NCBI GenBank assembly: GCA_965214965.1 | Contig: OZ244030.1 | Span: 27,334 to 91,333, forward strand | Reading direction: 5' to 3' | Source of the DNA: Mycoplasmatales bacterium | Lineage (GTDB): Bacteria; Bacillota_I; Bacilli_A; CBDATW01 | Length of the DNA: 64,000 nucleotides | In this document: one piece after another, positions 12,530 through 25,539 of the stretch | How positions within the stretch are numbered: position 1 is the first letter of the stretch | Layout of the letters: every line of letters begins with the position of its first letter | Program-made: the position numbers and the translations under genes | Notes under the pieces: model-generated | The model's database searches: none | What the model saw: only the letters and a program-made list of their open reading frames with translations | What the model was told of the DNA's origin: nothing

Positions 12530-13407
12530 TCAAAAATCTTTTTCAGTAAGACAGCTCTTACCTTAATTCCATTTTCAACTTGTTGATTAATTCTTGAAGA
12601 TTTATGTTTCATAATTGATTCTTCAAGTTCAAACCCTCAGTAAACTGGTCCTGGGTGCATAATTATTGAATGTGGTTTTTTGTTTTTAATGTTTTGTGAA
12701 TTTAATCCGTATTTTAAATTATATTCTGTTTTTGAATAATTAAATTTGCCTTTATGTCTTTCAATTTGAACTCTTAGAGCCATTAAAATATCGGATGTTT
12801 TAATTGCTTCTTCAATTGTAATTGGAGTTTCACCTTCTATCAACATTTCTGATGGACAAACAATGTTAACCTCCATTCCAAGTCTTCTCATAACAGCTAT
12901 GTTTGTTCTGGCTACACGAGAGTGTTTAATATCTCCCATGATTGCGATTTTTAATCCTTTGAATTTTCCAAACTCTTTATAAATAGTTAAAAGGTCAACA
13001 AGGCATTGCGTTGGGTGGTTTCCTGAACCATCTCCTCCTGATAAAATCGGAACTTTAATATCACTTAATTCTTTATAGTATTCTTTTTGAGGGTGTCGAA
13101 TAACCATTGCATCTACCCCAATATTTTCAAAAGTTTTAACTGTATCGTATAGTGTTTCACCTTTTGCAACAGATGTACACTGGCCCCCTGTAAAGCTTAG
13201 TGTTTCCATACCTAATCTTTTGGCAGCTACCTCAAATGAATATCTTGTTCTAGTAGAAGGTTCAAAAAAAAGAATACCAATTACAAAACCATTGGCTTTG
13301 CTGCTATTCTTTGAATCAAATTCAAAAGTACAAGCTTCTTTTACAATAGAAATAATGTCATCATTTTTTAGATTATCTAATGTAAATAAGGTCATGTTCC
13401 CCTCCAT
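12520..13407 (-). CDS. pyrB: aspartate carbamoyltransferase catalytic subunit
   Basis: FFEPSTRTR and HPTQ motifs. The track stop at 12637 is TGA; the true TAA at 12520-12522 overlaps the pyrC start. The start could instead be the internal MTLFTL. Confidence 0.92.
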
Positions 13408-13420
13408 ATATTTTTATTTT

Positions 13421-14176
13421 CTATTTCTTCGAAAGCTTAAATGCTGCTTCTAATGCAAGTGTAACCATTGAGTCTAATGATGACTGTCTTTGTGTTGGTG
13501 TTAATTCTTCTTTTGTGACATGGTTAGCTGCTACTGTTGCAATTGTAATTGCATCTTTTTTATTTAATTTAGCTGTAGCATAAATTCCAAACGCTTCCAT
13601 TTCTGTAACGTGAAGATCTTTTTTTACATAATACTCAGTTCCAAGTTTGTGATAAAAATTATCATTGCAATGAGTATTAATAACATGGATTCCTTTGCCG
13701 GACTCTTTTGCTGTTGTTTTAATTAAGTCAAGAAGTGTCTTAGAGCATTTAAGTGAATTATCTCTTAATGTTCTTATTTTAAAACTTTTAGCAACAAATG
13801 ATTCTGAAAATGCTTGTTTTGAAACAATAAGTTCTCCAACATTATATTTTAAACTATATGCACCGCAAGTACCAATACGTATAATATTATCCACATCATA
13901 ATATCCAAACAGTTCGTTTGAATAAATAGTCGCTGATGGTATTCCCATTCCTGATCCCATAACAGAAACCCTTCTACCTTTATAAGTCCCTGTAAAAGCA
14001 TACATACCTCTTAATTCATTAATCTGCTTTACGTTTTTTAAATATTTTTTAGCAATTCATTTTGCTCTTACTGGGTCCCCAGGGAAAATTACTGTTTTTG
14101 CAAATTCACCTTTTTTTGCACTAATGTGAGTAGTGCCACCATACTGTCTTTCTAATTTATTATAATGGTTTTTCAT
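13421..14176 (-). CDS. deoD: purine nucleoside phosphorylase, DeoD type
   Basis: FTGTYKGRRVSVMGSGMGIPS and VTEMEAFGIY are close to the DeoD pattern. Extends through TGA to the ATG at 14174-14176. The start codon choice is uncertain. Confidence 0.85.
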
Positions 14177-14239
14177 TGTTAATTCTCCTAGTATTTTTAT
14201 AATAACATATTTGATTGTTTTTAACAATAAAAATTAGAG

Positions 14240-16207
14240 TTATGAATGCTGTGATTTTTTATTTCATGCTTCCATGTTTTTAATAGTTTCTATTTTAAAT
14301 TCGGTTAATCCAAAATCTACTTTACCATCATCTTTATTGGCAGACTTAATAAACACTTTTATTAAATCTCCAGGGTTGAATTTTCTTTTCTTTGTTTTAC
14401 CTTCAATAGCATATAATGTTTCGTTGTATGAATATGCATCATCAATTAAATCGCTCATGTGTATTAGGCCTTCTACTCCATTTGGAATTTTAACAAACAT
14501 TCCAAAATCAATTAATGATACTATTGTGGCTTCAAATTCTCTACCAATATTTCCAAGAGCTCATTCAGCTTTTTTAACTGCCATTGTTTGCCTTTCAATG
14601 TCGATGGCTCTTCTTTCCTTGTCTGAAGTATGTTCAGCCATGTGGGCCATATTTTTTTTTCAATATTTAGTATTTATTGCATCTTCACTTAAAATATAAT
14701 CTCCAATTAATCTGTGAAGAATTAAATCAGGATATCTTCTAATTGGGGATGTAAAGTGTGAATATGATTTTGAAGCAAGACCAAAGTGCCCAATGTTTTT
14801 TTCTGAATATACAGCTTTGGCCATTGATCTTAAAACTTGAACGGCAATTGAATAGAAATAAGGTTCATTTTTGTATAAATTAAGAATCTTTTGAATATCT
14901 TTTGGTTTTACATCTTTTTGTTTTGCTTCGAAATGCTTACCGAAATGTCTTGCAAATTTATAAAACTCTTCCAACTTTTCAAGTGGAGGTGTTCCATGCA
15001 CACGATAAATTGATGTAAGACCAGTTGCTTCAATAGTTGATCCAACAGTTTCGTTTGCACAAACCATAAATTGCTCTATCATTTTTTCTGAGAAACCTCT
15101 AGGTTTTAAGACTACATCAATTGCTTTACCTTTATCATCGAATTTAATTTCTGATTCGTCAATATCAAAATCTAACATTCCAGCCTTATTTTTTTTAATA
15201 GAAATGGCTTCTGAAAGTTCTTTGGCATCTACCAGTAATTGGTAAATATGCTGATATTTAGAAATTAACTTTAAATCTCCATCGTATATTTTGTTAACAT
15301 CACTATATGTCATTCTTTCGGTTGTTTTAATTACAGATTCAAATAATTTTGAATCCACTACTTTACCTGAGGAATTAATTTCCATTTCACATGCCATAGT
15401 TAATCTTTCTACTTGAGGATTAAGTGAACAAATACCATTAGATAGATTTTCAGGAAGCATCGGAATAACTCTATCTGCTAAATAAATTGATGTTGCTCTT
15501 TCATAAGCTTCTTTATCTATAATTGAATCTTTATCTACATAATATGAAACATCAGCAATATAAACTCCAAGCAAGAAATTGCCATTCTCTAGTCTTTCAA
15601 CTCTAATAGCATCATCAAGATCTTTGGCACTTGCACCATCAATTGTAATAATTTTTTCTTTTGTTAAATCGACTCTACCTTCTTTTTGTTTTGGCAACAC
15701 TTTATCTGGTACTTTGCTTGCAGAAACTATAACTTTTTTCGGGAATTGGACATTAACACCGTGGCTTGCAACAATTGAAAGCATGTCTATTCCTATATCG
15801 CTTTTTTTACCAACATATTTTTCAAAACTGCAAAAAATATCTTGTTTAACAACTTTGTCAATTTTTAGTAATAGCTTATATCCTGATTTAAGTGAGGAAA
15901 AGTTTTTAATTTTAATTCACTCTGTTATTTTTTTGTCATCTGGAATTAAAACTTTTTTTCCATTGACGGTATCGCATGTGACAACAATATAGTTGTTTAC
16001 TCTTTCTAAAATTTCTACAACTTTAACTATGGCATTATCTTTTTCAGTTTTTGCAGGTTCGATGATTTTAAATTTAACTATATCACCATGTAATGAAGAA
16101 TTTCTATATTTTTTTGGCACAAAGAAATATTGCTTGTCTTCAGTTTTAATGAATCCAAATCCTTTCTTATGTGTTGATATTTTTCCTTCAAATATTTTAT
16201 TTTCCAT
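14240..16207 (-). CDS. rnr: ribonuclease R
   Basis: Pieces 14264..14500 (S1 domain), 14660..15784 (RNB domain, DLDDAI) and 15917..16207 (cold-shock-like N-terminus) are in frame. The track stop at 14264 is TGA; TAA is at 14240-14242. Follows secG as in Firmicutes. Confidence 0.93.
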
Positions 16208-16240
16208 GATTTCCTTTTAAATAAAAATTGCCTAGTGCAA

Positions 16241-16468
16241 CTAAGCAATTTTTAAAATAATTATTAATAATAAGAATAATCATATTAAATTGAACGTTGA
16301 GTTTGATAGTGTTTTTGCTAGGCCTCTTTCTTTTTGTTTCAAGAAAAGGTTAAGACCCCCACCAGTCAGCGCACCTGATGCACCGCTAGATTTTGACTCT
16401 TGCATCATTATCAATATTATTATGATAACTGCAACTACTGCAGATATTGTTTTAATTATATTGTTCAT
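16241..16468 (-). CDS. secG: preprotein translocase subunit SecG
   Basis: Two hydrophobic segments flank a G-rich loop (SSGASGALTGGG). Reads through TGA at 16280 to TAG at 16241-16243. 75 aa. Confidence 0.8.
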
Positions 16469-16511
16469 ATGATCTCCTTATTTTTACTTCAATATTATAA
16501 CAAATAAAATT

Positions 16512-17504
16512 TTAAAATACTTTAAAGCTTCATGCAAATAGAACGATTGTAGCAAGAGCTAAAATAATAGAAAATGCTTTATTGTTTTTTCTATCTTTTG
16601 AAACAAGCCATAACATAGCTGTGTATGCCGGTACTAAGAACAAAAATTTTCTGACAATTAATGAATTTACTGATTGATTATAGACAAAGTTAAACGCAGA
16701 ACCTTTGATAACAAAGATATCAGCCACTGCTAGAATTGCAATGTTAAATAAATCTGAACCCAAAATTCCATTAATTGCAATTGAAGGAGAATTTAATCTT
16801 ATAATTCAAAAGTATGTCAATACTTCTGGCAGCGTTGTAGCTATTGCAAGAAATAATGTCCCTACAAGTGAGTCTGATAAGTTGAAGTTTTTAAATGTGC
16901 TTGGTTGCGCCATTGTTTCAACGGTTGTCAGCATTCTCATTGAAGCCATTACAAGTAAAGTGGCAAAAATCATAAAACCAGTAATGGCTTTTATTTTAGT
17001 AATTTTAATCTTATTTTCATGATTTGGTATGTCACTAGCTACGGCAGCAGTTTTTTTCATATAAATTCCATATGCAATTAAAAATACTCATAATTGAATA
17101 GAAGAACCTAGCATTTTTATATGCAATCCTTTAAAGAATATAGGAAGTGATATTCAAATTGAAAGTCCTATTAATAGTTTTGTTGTTTCTTTATTTGATT
17201 TAGAAAAATTAGCATAAATTTTTTTATGAGCAAATATAATAAAACTAAAAACTAGTGTAGTTTGAGTTAGTGTGTTAGATCCCAACATATTATATGTAGC
17301 ATATTTTGCATCTGAAATTGAAGATGAAAAGAATGCCGAAATCATTTCTGGCAGTGATGTTGTGATTGGTAATAAAATCGCACCTACAATACCCGCAGAA
17401 AGTTTAGTGTTTTGTTCTATACCTATTATACAAATAGATAATAAGTATGAAGAAATAACTATAACTGTAGTTAGAAAGATAAATTCTAATACTACTGCAT
17501 TCAT
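16512..17504 (-). CDS. CaCA-family cation/Ca2+ antiporter (YrbG-like) membrane protein
   Basis: Three in-frame pieces (16530..16763, 16806..17060, 17154..17504). Two alpha-repeat-like motifs: TTSLPEMISAF and ATTLPEVLTYF. Multi-pass hydrophobic protein. TAA at 16512-16514 after TGA read-through. Confidence 0.7.
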
Positions 17505-17716
17505 TATTCATCATCCATTTCTAGAAGTTTAGAAACTGTAATATTAAAACCATTAGCAAATTTTTCTAATGCTTTTAACGATACATTTCTTCTTCCTCTT
17601 TCTGCATCCGAGACATAGTTTCTATGAAGATCACATCTAAAAGCTAGTTCTTCTTGTGTAATCTTTACTCTTGAACGTAAATATTTAATTCTTTTTCCAA
17701 ATTTTTCTAATATCAT
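17504..17716 (-). CDS. XRE-family helix-turn-helix transcriptional regulator
   Basis: 70 aa: FGKRIKYLRSRVKITQEELAFRCDLHRNYVSDAERGRRNVSLKALEKFA, a classic Cro/C1 HTH. Its stop overlaps the antiporter ATG. Confidence 0.85.
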   Translation of the reverse strand: MILEKFGKRIKYLRSRVKITQEELAFRCDLHRNYVSDAERGRRNVSLKALEKFANGFNITVSKLLEMDDE

Positions 17717-17718
17717 TT

Positions 17719-18663
17719 TTAATCCTCATATTTTTCGTATTCTTTTTTTAATTTTCTAAATACATGGTTGATTCCCGATTTTGTAATTGAGCTATTATGT
17801 GTTTTACTGTAGTGGGTTGCTAAGTCATTCATATTCATTTCTGGTTTATCAACTCTTAATTTTGCAATTTGTTTATCTTTATCACTTAAAAAAGCTAAAT
17901 CAGATTTTTTTTGAAGTGTTTTAATAATTTTAATAATTTTTGCTGATGCTTTTACTGCTTTGGTAATGTTTGCCACATCCATATTGTTAGTTCTGTTTAG
18001 TGAGTTTTCAAAATCCCTAAGAATTCTTACATCTTCAAATTCTATAAGAGAATTAACGCAACCAATTAATTTCATAAAGTCTGAAATTTGTTCAGATTTT
18101 TTAACATATATTATTCATTGGTTGTTACGCTTGATAGTTTTGAATTCAAAGTTTCCAAAGCCATTTATAATCTTTTTAATAAAATTGGCTTTCTCTTTTT
18201 TTATTGTTGCTATTTCTAAATGGTAGAAAGTAGTTTCTGGGCTATTAATTGATCCTGATGCAAGGAATAATCCTTTAAAGTAGGCGCAGAAAGCTTTGTC
18301 ATCTTTTAAAACTGTTGATATTAGTTTTTCATTATTATTTTGATTAATACCAAGTTGCTTTGAAAATCCGTAATCTTCATCAATAATAATTTGATATTTT
18401 TCACTATCTTTTTCATGAACAACTTGTAAATCAATTGGAATATTTTCTCCAAAGAGATCAATAAAGATTGCATATATTCTTTTGGCTGTATACTCATTAT
18501 TAGTATTAGCCAAAATATATTTTTTTCCTGATTTTAAAATAAAAGAACCGTTGATAGATAAAAAAGCATTGAGCTCAGCAATGCTTTCATTATTAGAACC
18601 AAGTTCTTGGTTTGCTATTTCAAATTTTACTCTTCTAGTAAAAGATATTTCTGTATTTTTCAT
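17719..18663 (-). CDS. whiA: DNA-binding protein WhiA
   Basis: Pieces 18115..18663 (LAGLIDADG-like N-terminal region, GLFLASGSINSP) and 17719..18075 (C-terminal HTH) are in frame. 314 aa. Confidence 0.85.
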
Positions 18664-18696
18664 ATTAACTATTATAACACTTTTGATATGAAATGT

Positions 18697-19620
18697 TTAC
18701 TTTAAGTTATCTAAATAGTGAATTGCTTCTTGTGCAGCTACAGTACCATCTCCAACTGCTGTAGAAATTTGTCTAATTTTTTTATTTCTTACATCCCCAG
18801 ATACAAATACCCCTGGAATTTTTGTAATTGTTGATTCATCAGCATCAACATATTTAGCTTCTGTAAGAACTGATGTATCTTTAACAAATTGAGTTTCTGG
18901 AATTAATCCAATAAATGGAAATACACATGATGCTTGGATTATTTTATCTTCTCCAGATTGTGTATAAGTTAATTTAATTCCTTCACCAGATTTTTCAATT
19001 GATTTTGGTGTTGCTTGAAGAATGATTTTTATTTTATCATTAGCATGAACTTTATCGACTGTTGTAGCTTCTGCTTTTTTAAATTCTTCTCCTCTATAAA
19101 TAATTGTTACTTTGGAGGCAAATTTTGTTAAATAGATTGATTCTTCAAGAGCTGAGTTACCACCCCCAATAACAACAACTTCTCTGTCTTTATAAAATGC
19201 TCCATCGCAAATAGCGCAATATGAAATTCCAGTTCCGTAAAGTTCTTTCTCTCCAGGAATTCCCATTTCTCTTTCTTTTGTACCTGTGGCAATAATTACT
19301 GCTTTTGCTAAGTATTGTTTGCCGTCTTCTAAGATAATCCTTTTGTGATTGCCCTCATCAATCATTTCTACTACATTTCCATATAAATGCTTAGCTCCAA
19401 ATGCTGTTGAGTGCGCATACATATCAAGAGCTAGATCTGGACCTGTTACTTTTTTGAATCCTGTTCAGTTTTCAATTTCAGCTGTCTTAATTAATTTTCC
19501 ACCTGGTGCATCTTTGTCAATCATGGCAGTTGAATAATTGGCTCTTGATCCATAAATTGCTGCAGTCATTCCTGCTGGACCTGCTCCGATGATGAAAATA
19601 TCATAAACTGTTTTTTGCAT
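18697..19620 (-). CDS. trxB: thioredoxin reductase
   Basis: Extends through TGA to the ATG at 19618-19620 (MQKTVYDIFIIGAGPAG). CAICDG redox-active site and GGGNSALEE NADPH motif. 307 aa. Confidence 0.93.
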
Positions 19621-20558
19621 TATTTTGCTTCCTTTGTTTTTTTAATGGTTGTAAATCCTATTGCAATAAATATTAGCGATAGTACTAATGAGACCGGTAC
19701 ATTTGCAATTCTCATAATGTCAGCTTCATTTCTTAGTAGTTCAAGTGATGATCTAATTACACCATAAGAAATAAAGTATGCTCCAAGTTTGCTAAATTTT
19801 GCATTTTTTTCAGCAAGTTTTCAAATAATAATAAATGCAATTATGTTTAAATTACCTTCTATTAGGAATAAAGGCAGCCTATATGCTTTTTTTATAAATA
19901 AATGTTGCACCATAGAATTGCCATAACCTGTAAATAGTCTTATAAGAATAATTGAATAAAATGCTAATGCAATAAATTTAATTCATTCTAAAGTTGTGAT
20001 TTGTTTTGTTGCTTTAATTTTTGCAAATAGTTTAGTTTTTAAAATCATTTTGATGATTAATAGTGCTTGAAGTGTTACTAAAACATAAACTAGAGTTTGT
20101 GTTAGAGATTTTGATATTTTAAATCCATAAACTTCTTGGTTATAAAAGTTACCTCACCTACCGAAAGCTTGCCCAATAAGTGCAAATAACATAATTTCTT
20201 CTAGAAATGACATTATTGTTAATTTAATATTTTTTCTTTTTAAGAATAAGTATGCTCCAATAATTGCACCAATAAGTCCGCCTTGAATAGCTATGCCGCC
20301 TTTTCATGGTTGAAATATTTCTATAATGTTTTTTGAGTAATATGGGATTTTAGAAGTTACATATCATAGCCTAGCTCCTGCTAAACCAGTAAAAAGCATA
20401 AATATTGATATATCATCTAGCATTGTTTTTTTTAGTTTTGGGTATTTTTTAGAAAGTTGAGCTTTTCCAAACTCCATTGCATAAAAAATACCAGAAGCAA
20501 ACATTATTGTGTACATACTAATGTTTAATCCAAGAATTGAAATTTGATTACCCAGCAT
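19620..20558 (-). CDS. lgt: prolipoprotein diacylglyceryl transferase
   Basis: The N-terminal piece 20364..20558 continues in frame through many TGAs. Polytopic protein with a GRWGNF-type motif (FGRWGNFYNQE). TAA at 19620-19622 overlaps the trxB ATG. Sits in the hprK-lgt pair typical of Firmicutes and Mollicutes. Confidence 0.85.
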
Positions 20559-21462
20559 TTTTTGTCCTTTCTAAGTAAAGCCTTAGTGAGCAATGCCCAT
20601 TGCTTTTAACAATTTCATTGGTTACAGCTACTTCAATTAGCATCGAAGTGTTTCTAGCTAGTGCAACTGGAATATTAATTACCGGAACATTAATTCCTAG
20701 TATTTCTTTTTTTTCATTTCTTTGGCCAAGCCTATCAAAGTCAGCATCTTTTGAATATTGCTTCAAGTTAAAAATGTAATCGATTTTGGCAGTATCAAGT
20801 GTAATTGATTCTGAAAAGATTTTAGTAATATCCATGATACCAAGACCTCTAACCTCAATGAGGTTTTTTATATTATCTGGTGACTCTCCAAATAATTCAT
20901 TACCAATTCTTCTAATTATTAATCCATCGTCAACAATAAATTGGTGTCCATTTTTAATAAGTTCTAGAGCTGTTTCTGATTTACCAATCCCTGATTCTCC
21001 AGTAATAATAACACCTTTACCATATATTTGTAAAAACGTTGCATGCATGTTATCTGTTGTAGAAAGTTGTTTAGTAAGAAATTGTGCAATTTGAAATCCT
21101 GTATCGGTATAACCAAATTTTGATTGTGTAATAACTGCACCACATTCCTTTGCTGCTTCAATAATTATCTTTGGAACTTCCACATTTGAAGCAAAAGTAA
21201 TTGCTGAAATTTGTTCTTTAAATATTTTTTTAAGAACTTTTTTTATATCTTCAGCTTTTGAATCCTTGATAAAAGCAGTTTCTTTTCTTCCAAAAATTAT
21301 TATCTTATCTTTATCTTTATCAAAACTGTATCCTGTAAGTTCTAGGCCACCTTTGTTGATGCCTCTACAATTGATACCTATCTTCTTTGCATCATTTATT
21401 GATCCTGTGATAATATCTAGTTTTATTTCCTCAATAATCTTGTCTAATGTAATTGAATTCAT
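20548..21462 (-). CDS. hprK: HPr kinase/phosphorylase
   Basis: 304 aa, intact in the track. VIITGESGIGKSETALELIKNGHQFIVDD P-loop segment and IEVRGLGI signature. Confidence 0.95.
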   Translation of the reverse strand: MNSITLDKIIEEIKLDIITGSINDAKKIGINCRGINKGGLELTGYSFDKDKDKIIIFGRKETAFIKDSKAEDIKKVLKKIFKEQISAITFASNVEVPKIIIEAAKECGAVITQSKFGYTDTGFQIAQFLTKQLSTTDNMHATFLQIYGKGVIITGESGIGKSETALELIKNGHQFIVDDGLIIRRIGNELFGESPDNIKNLIEVRGLGIMDITKIFSESITLDTAKIDYIFNLKQYSKDADFDRLGQRNEKKEILGINVPVINIPVALARNTSMLIEVAVTNEIVKSNGHCSLRLYLERTKNAG

Positions 21463-21482
21463 ATATTACTCCTTATGCTTGA

Positions 21483-24305
21483 TTATAGCATTTCCTTAAG
21501 AAAAGTTCCTGTATGAGAACCTTTCTTGGATGCTACTTTTTCCGGTGTTCCTTCTACTAAGATTTCTCCACCGCCTTCTCCACCTTCTGGACCTAAGTCA
21601 ATAAGATGGTCACAAACCTTGATAACATCTAGATTGTGTTCAATTGTTACAACGGTATCTCCATTATCAACAATTCTGTTTAATACTGCTATTAATTTAG
21701 CAACATCATGTGTATGTAAACCGGTTGTTGGTTCATCTAGGATATACATTGTTTTACCAGTTGCCTTCTTTTGAAGTTCTTTTGCTAGCTTAACTCTTTG
21801 AGCTTCTCCTCCTGATAGAGTTGTAGCAGATTGGCCAAGTTTAATATATCCAAGACCAACATCTAAAATAGTTTTAAGTTTTCTAACAATCTTTGGATTA
21901 GATTCAAAGAATTCTAGTGCAGTTTCACAAGACATCTTTAAAATGTCAGCAATTGTTTTTTGTCTGTATTTAACTTGTAATGTTTCTTCATTATATCTTT
22001 TACCATTACATTCTTCACAAGTAACATAGACATTTGGAAGGAAGTGCATTTCAATTTTGATTACACCATCTCCTTCACAGTTTTCGCATCTACCACCAGA
22101 AACGTTAAACGAGAACCTACCTTTTTGGTATCCTCTAATTTTAGCTTCTGCAGTTTTAGCATAAATATCTCTAATATCGTCAAAGACAGATGTATATGTT
22201 GCTGGATTTGATCTTGGTGTTCTACCAATTGGATCTTGAGAAATATTAATAACTTTATCAATATTATCCAAACCTTTTATCTGTTTATGTTCTCCAGTAG
22301 CCATAAATGATCTGTTGATATTATTTGAAAGGCCTTTTCAAAGAATTTCGTTTACAAGGGTTGATTTACCTGAACCTGAAACTCCAGTAACACCAATCAA
22401 TTTTCCTAATGGAAATTTAGCAGTAATGTTTTTTAAGTTGTTGTGTTTTGCACCAACAACCACAATTTCTTTTCCATTACCTTTTCTTCTGGTTTTTGGA
22501 ATTGCTATTTCTTTTGTTTTATTTAAATATTGTGCAGTAATAGATTTTTTAGATTTTTGAATATTATCAAGTGTTCCTTGAGCTGTAATTTCTCCACCAT
22601 TTTCTCCAGCAGCTGGCCCAATGTCAACAATGTGGTCAGCGGCTCTTATAGTTTCTTCATCATGCTCTACAACAATTAAAGTATTGCCAAGATCTCTCAT
22701 ATTTTGAAGAGTTTTAATGAGTTTGGCATTATCTCTTTGGTGAAGACCAACTGATGGTTCATCTAAAACATATAAAACTCCTGTAAGTTTTGAACCAATC
22801 TGCGTAGCTAATCTAATACGCTGTGCTTCTCCTCCTGATAAAGATGATGAACCTCTAGAAAGTGTTAAATAATTCAATCCCACATCAGATAGAAATGACA
22901 ATCTATTTGTTATTTCCTTAACTACTAGATCTGCAATTTTGCTTTCTGTTTTTGTAAGTTTTAAATTTAAAATGAACTCAGTAGCTGCATCAATATTTAA
23001 ATCAGTAATTTCTGAAATATTTTTTTTATTAATTAAAACTGACAGTGCATATTTATTTAATTTTTTACCTTCACATGTATTACATGTTTTATCAGACATA
23101 TATTGCTTGTAGTATTCGCGGTTAGACTTAGATTTGGTTTCAACAAATAATCTTTCAATTTGAGCTCCAACACCTTCGATAAATCCATATTTTTTAAAAA
23201 TGCTTCCTGAACGTGAATTAATTTGATATGAAATTTCTTCTGTTGACCCTTCCATTATGATTTTAATTTCTTTTTTTGTTAGTTTGCTTGCTGGTTTATC
23301 CATATCAATATCATATTCGATACATAAAATTTCAAACATCTGTCATCAAATATTATCAGTGCCTGCAGTTGTTTTAAAAACTTTGATAGCTCCTTGTCTT
23401 AGTGATTTTGTTTTATCTGGAATAAGTAGGTTTTCGTCTGCTTCAAGCTTTATACCTAAACCATGGCAAGTGTTACATGATCCAACTGGCGAGTTAAAAG
23501 AAAATAATCTTGGTTCAAGAGATGGAATAGCAAAATCGCATTCTTTACATGAAAAGTTTTGTGAAAATAGTTTTTCTTTTTTTGTTGTTAAATTTTCAAT
23601 TAAAATAAAGCCATCTGAGTATTTACCTGCAATTTCAACTGCATCAAAAATTCTTCCTCTATCTGATTCATTTAAAGTAATTCTATCTACAACAATTGAA
23701 ATTGTATGTTTTTTAGTTTTAGCTAATTTTATTTCTTCATCTAGTTTAAATATTTCATTATTAATTTTTACTCTTACAAAACCTTCTTGCTTTAAATGAG
23801 TTAAGAGTTTTTCATGAGATCCTTTTTTCTCTTGTACAATAGGTGCTAAAATTAAAAGTTTTGATTCTATTTTATTTTCAAATACTTCATTAACAATGGC
23901 TGTGATGGATTTGGCTAAAATTGGTTCTTTATGCACTGGGCAATGAGGAACTCCAATTCTAGCAAACAACAATCTTATATAATCATAAACTTCTGTAACA
24001 GTACCAACTGTTGATCTGGGGTTATGTGATGTTGTTTTTTGATCAATTGAGATTGCTGGTGATAAACCTTCAATTGAATCTACATTTGGTTTTTCTGAAT
24101 TTCCAAGGAATTGTCTTGCATATGCTGAAAGTGATTCAACATATCTACGTTGACCTTCAGCATATATTGTGGAAAAAGCAAGTGATGACTTACCAGAGCC
24201 GGAAAGACCAGTCATAACGATTAAATTGTCTTTTGGTAATGTAATATCAATATTTTTTAAGTTATTTTCTCTTGCTCCTTTAACAATTATTTGATTCTTT
24301 TTCAT
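21483..24305 (-). CDS. uvrA: excinuclease ABC subunit A
   Basis: Three in-frame pieces (21483..22304, 22338..23339, 23346..24305). Two ABC ATPase modules ([26 protein letters not shown] twice) and zinc-finger cysteines. 940 aa. Confidence 0.97.
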
Positions 24306-24363
24306 AACAAACTCCTTAGCATATATAAATTATATCATATTGATTTACCTTATAAATTAATAA

Positions 24364-24392
24364 ACAAAAAGAGAGCTATTTGCTCTCTGTTT
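24364..24392 (-). terminator. intrinsic terminator after the fructose PTS operon
   Basis: agagagc-tattt-gctctct hairpin. On the minus strand it is followed by a T run, directly downstream of the IIC stop at 24412. Confidence 0.6.
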
Positions 24393-24411
24393 ATTAATAT
24401 TAATTTTACTT

Positions 24412-25470
24412 TTATTTTTTTTCTACTTTTGGTAGTAGCATACCCATCATTAGTCCAGAAACAACTGTACCAATAACAAGTGCTATAACAAATGATAATG
24501 GTTTTGTTAGAGCTGGAAGCACTAGAATACCACCATGTGGCGCTCTAGATGCTGCCCCAAGTAGTGCAGAAGCTGCACCAGCCAAAGCTGAACCAGACAT
24601 TAATGAAGGGATGATTATTTTAGGATTTGAAGCCGCAAATGGAATTGCACCTTCAGTAATAAATGAAAGACCCATAACAATGTTTGTTTTACCTTGATCT
24701 TTTAACGCTTTATCAAATTTTTGTGGGAACATAAATGTTGCAAGTGCAGTTGCTAGTGGCGGAGTCATACCTGCCACCATTACTGATGCCATTAAAACTG
24801 AATCTGCTCCACCTGCAAGTGATCCAACACCAGCTACATATGCAGCCTTATTAATTGGTCCACCCATATCTGATGCCATCATAGCACCAACAATTAGTCC
24901 AATAACAATTTTGGAAGTTGTTGATGAGCTGTTCATAGCTGTTAATCAGTTTGTTAGTCTTCCGTTTAGTGGTGAAACTGCTGCATTAATTGCTAACATA
25001 ATACCTGCGATTATAAGTGATGAAATTACTGGGAAGATAAATACTGGTTTTAGTCCTGCCATTGATTTTGGTAGTCCAGAAAAAACTTTTTTAAGTTGCA
25101 GTATTAATCAACCAGCGATGAAACCACCTAAGATTGCTCCTAGGAATCCTGATGCTCCAATGTTTAAATCAGCATATCCTGATGATGCAAGTTGTCCGGC
25201 AATAAAACCTGGTACAAACCCTGGCCTATCGGCGATAGAATAAGCAATAAAACCACCCAAGATAGGTAGCATGAACCCAAAGGCAATTTTACCCATGTTT
25301 CCTACTCATGCCGAGTGTTTAGTTGATCAACCAAATGATCCACCAGCTGTTGCAGCGTTTCCAATGTCTAATAGGAAGGCTAAGGCGATTAGAATACCTC
25401 CGGCAACCACAAATGGAATCATTGCAGAAACACCCGACATTAAATGTCTATAAAATTTTGATTTATTCAT
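24412..25470 (-). CDS. fruA: PTS fructose-family EIIC component
   Basis: Pieces 24412..24936, 25108..25296 and 25327..25530 are in frame. Polytopic, glycine-rich. The start is placed at the ATG at 25468-25470 ([14 protein letters not shown]), preceded by GGAG. Confidence 0.85.
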
Positions 25471-25539
25471 AATTTTAATTTCTCCAATCTTTAATACTCC
25501 AACTTTTTTTATTGGGAGTGGACAACCCAAGTTAATAAT

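Noticed and set aside
23257-23799. Long plus-strand ORFs lying antisense to conserved minus-strand genes. Examples: 23257..23799 (180 aa, opposite uvrA), 59639..60088, 14274..14699, 28891..29328, 25559..25948, 15579..15992 and 43769..44089.
   Set aside because: They have low-complexity S/L/F/I-rich translations with no motifs. Each is fully overlapped by a well-supported gene on the other strand. This is the expected artefact of AT-rich DNA with few stop codons in the antisense frame.
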